This document shows positions 22,625 through 24,000 of a stretch of 24,000 nt of DNA, piece after piece. The translations under genes and the position numbers were made by a program. Source of the DNA: Elusimicrobiota bacterium (lineage in GTDB: Bacteria; Elusimicrobiota; Elusimicrobia; UBA1565; UBA9628); assembly GCA_027327915.1 (NCBI GenBank), contig DAHVWT010000009.1, forward strand, positions 1 to 24,000, written 5' to 3'. The stretch's first letter is position 1; each line of letters opens with the position of its first letter. The notes beneath the pieces are model-generated. The model saw nothing but the letters and a program-made list of their open reading frames with translations. It searched no databases and was not told where the DNA came from.

Positions 22625-24000
22625 GGCCGTTCCCTTCGCGAAGACCGGCGGCCTAGCCGACGTCGCCGGCAGTCTAAGCGCGAAGCTCGCGAGCCTCGGC
22701 CATGACGTTTTTCTTGTCCTGCCGCTCTATCGCGAAACCAGGAGTTGGGCCGGGAATGCCCGGCGGACGCTGACGCTGGGCGTCCCCCTCGGCTCCGAGA
22801 CCCGCTCTCTCTCGGTCGCGCTCTTGGAGAAAGGGAATCTGCGCATCGCCTTCGTGGACGATCCGGCGTTTTTCGGCCGGCCGGGGGTTTATGGCGAGAA
22901 CGGCGCCGACTATGCCGACAATGATCGGCGCTACTCCTTGTTCTGCCGGGCGGTCCTTGAAGCCGCGAAGGCCCTGGAATTCGCGCCCGAGATCGTCCAC
23001 GCGCACGACTGGCAGACGGGGCTTCTGCCGATTCTTCTTAAGAGGCTCTATGCCGGCGACCCCGTCCTGGGGCGCGCTCATTCGGTCTTTACTGTCCACA
23101 ATATGGCTTATCAGGGGCTTTTCCCGGCGTCGTCGGTGACGCTTTCAGGGCTGAGCCTCAAGGAGATGTCTCCCTCCTCGCTGGAGTTTTACGGTAAGGC
23201 GAGTTTTCTCAAGGCCGGGCTTGTCTTCGCGGACCGACTCACGACGGTGAGTCCGACGTACGCCCGCGAAATACAGGATTCGATCGAAACGGGCTGCGGG
23301 ATGGAGGGGATTCTTCGGCAGCGATCGCGTTTCTTAACCGGAATATTGAACGGACTCGACGTCGACTATTGGGATCCGGAGAAAGACCCGAACCTTCCGG
23401 AGCCTTACGGCGCGGCGACAGTGTTCCAGGGCGGCAAGGCGGCGGCGAAGCGGGCGCTGCGCCGGGAATGCGGGCTGAAAGTCGATGGCAGCCTCCCGCT
23501 CATCGGGATCGTTTCGAGGCTTGACCGACAAAAGGGTCTCGACGTCGCGATCGCGGCTCTCGAACGCCGCCTTGGGGGCTTCGAGCTCGCCGTCCTCGGC
23601 TCGGGCGACCCCGCCCTCGCGGCAAGCATCCGCCAGTATGCCTCGCGCCATCCCTCGCGCATCTATTTTCGGGAAGGTTTCGATGAGAGCTTCGCCCACG
23701 GGCTCTATGCGGCATCCGACATCTTTCTCATGCCGTCGCGCTTTGAACCGTGCGGGCTGGGCCAGATGATCGCGATGCGCTACGGCGCCGTCGTGGTCGG
23801 GAGCCGCGCGGGGGGGTTGGCGGACACGGTCTTCGAGGCGGACAGCGGCAGCGGCAACGGCTTCTTGGCCGAACCTGGAGATGTTGAGAGCCTGGGGCGC
23901 GCCCTGGATCGGGCTTTGGAAGCCTTCCATGGTCCGATGTGGCCGAAGCTCGTGGAGCGTGGGATGCGGACGGATTTTTCGTGGGACCGCTCGGCGAGAG
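22599..24000 (+). CDS. glgA: Glycogen synthase (GlgA, GT5), nearly complete; 3' end runs off the window
   Basis: Hand translation from GTG 22599 gives (M)RILQAASEAVPFAKTGGLADVAGSL...HAHDWQTGL...TVHNMAYQG...TTVSPTYAREI...LNGLDVDYWDP...VSRLDRQKG...PSRFEPCGLGQM, with no stop before 24000. The start lies 26 nt inside scpB. Not in the ORF track (edge ORF). Confidence 0.9.
   Translation, partial: MRILQAASEAVPFAKTGGLADVAGSLSAKLASLGHDVFLVLPLYRETRSWAGNARRTLTLGVPLGSETRSLSVALLEKGNLRIAFVDDPAFFGRPGVYGENGADYADNDRRYSLFCRAVLEAAKALEFAPEIVHAHDWQTGLLPILLKRLYAGDPVLGRAHSVFTVHNMAYQGLFPASSVTLSGLSLKEMSPSSLEFYGKASFLKAGLVFADRLTTVSPTYAREIQDSIETGCGMEGILRQRSRFLTGILNGLDVDYWDPEKDPNLPEPYGAATVFQGGKAAAKRALRRECGLKVDGSLPLIGIVSRLDRQKGLDVAIAALERRLGGFELAVLGSGDPALAASIRQYASRHPSRIYFREGFDESFAHGLYAASDIFLMPSRFEPCGLGQMIAMRYGAVVVGSRAGGLADTVFEADSGSGNGFLAEPGDVESLGRALDRALEAFHGPMWPKLVERGMRTDFSWDRSAR

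Noticed and set aside
1-24000. Search for mobile elements, CRISPR arrays, prophage or an integration site at the tRNA
   Set aside because: I found no integrase, transposase or recombinase-like ORF, no spaced direct-repeat array and no tRNA-fragment duplication. Composition looks uniform apart from short AT-rich promoter-like patches.

Overview
GC-rich bacterial chromosomal window with diderm-type genes, almost entirely coding. It is dominated by housekeeping genes packed into tight, often overlapping operons. Minus strand: tilS-uvrB-birA-greA-queG/Omp85-like barrel-dienelactone hydrolase (about 20012 down to 12907). Next come a secreted hypothetical protein and a clostripain-family (C11) peptidase. 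These are followed by PBP1A, a CheY-like RR, an OmpR-type RR, motA and motB (about 10165 down to 5347), and then tRNA-Arg(GCG)-pcrA/uvrD-gatC-gatA (3137 down to 1). Plus strand: a HAMP/PAS sensor histidine kinase converging on motB (3214..5343), and trpS-scpA-scpB-glgA (20073 to the window end). gatA and glgA run off the window edges and are missing from the ORF track; I translated them by hand. I see no transposase, integrase, phage gene, CRISPR array or recognisable defence gene, so this is mostly an ordinary core region. Points worth a second look: (1) queG has no stop codon and runs in frame into an Omp85-type barrel that has its own SD, GTG and signal peptide. (2) A near-consensus sigma70 promoter, bracketed by a perfect 11-bp inverted repeat, sits at the PBP1A/response-regulator junction. 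(3) A secreted protein with a clan-CD-like His/Cys pattern lies next to the C11 peptidase. (4) A CCA-less tRNA-Arg(GCG) directly abuts the helicase start codons. (5) The PBP1A membrane anchor is encoded upstream of any canonical start codon. (6) TrpRS carries a Cys motif resembling the Fe-S type. All functional calls rest on motif recognition by eye; no database search was possible.
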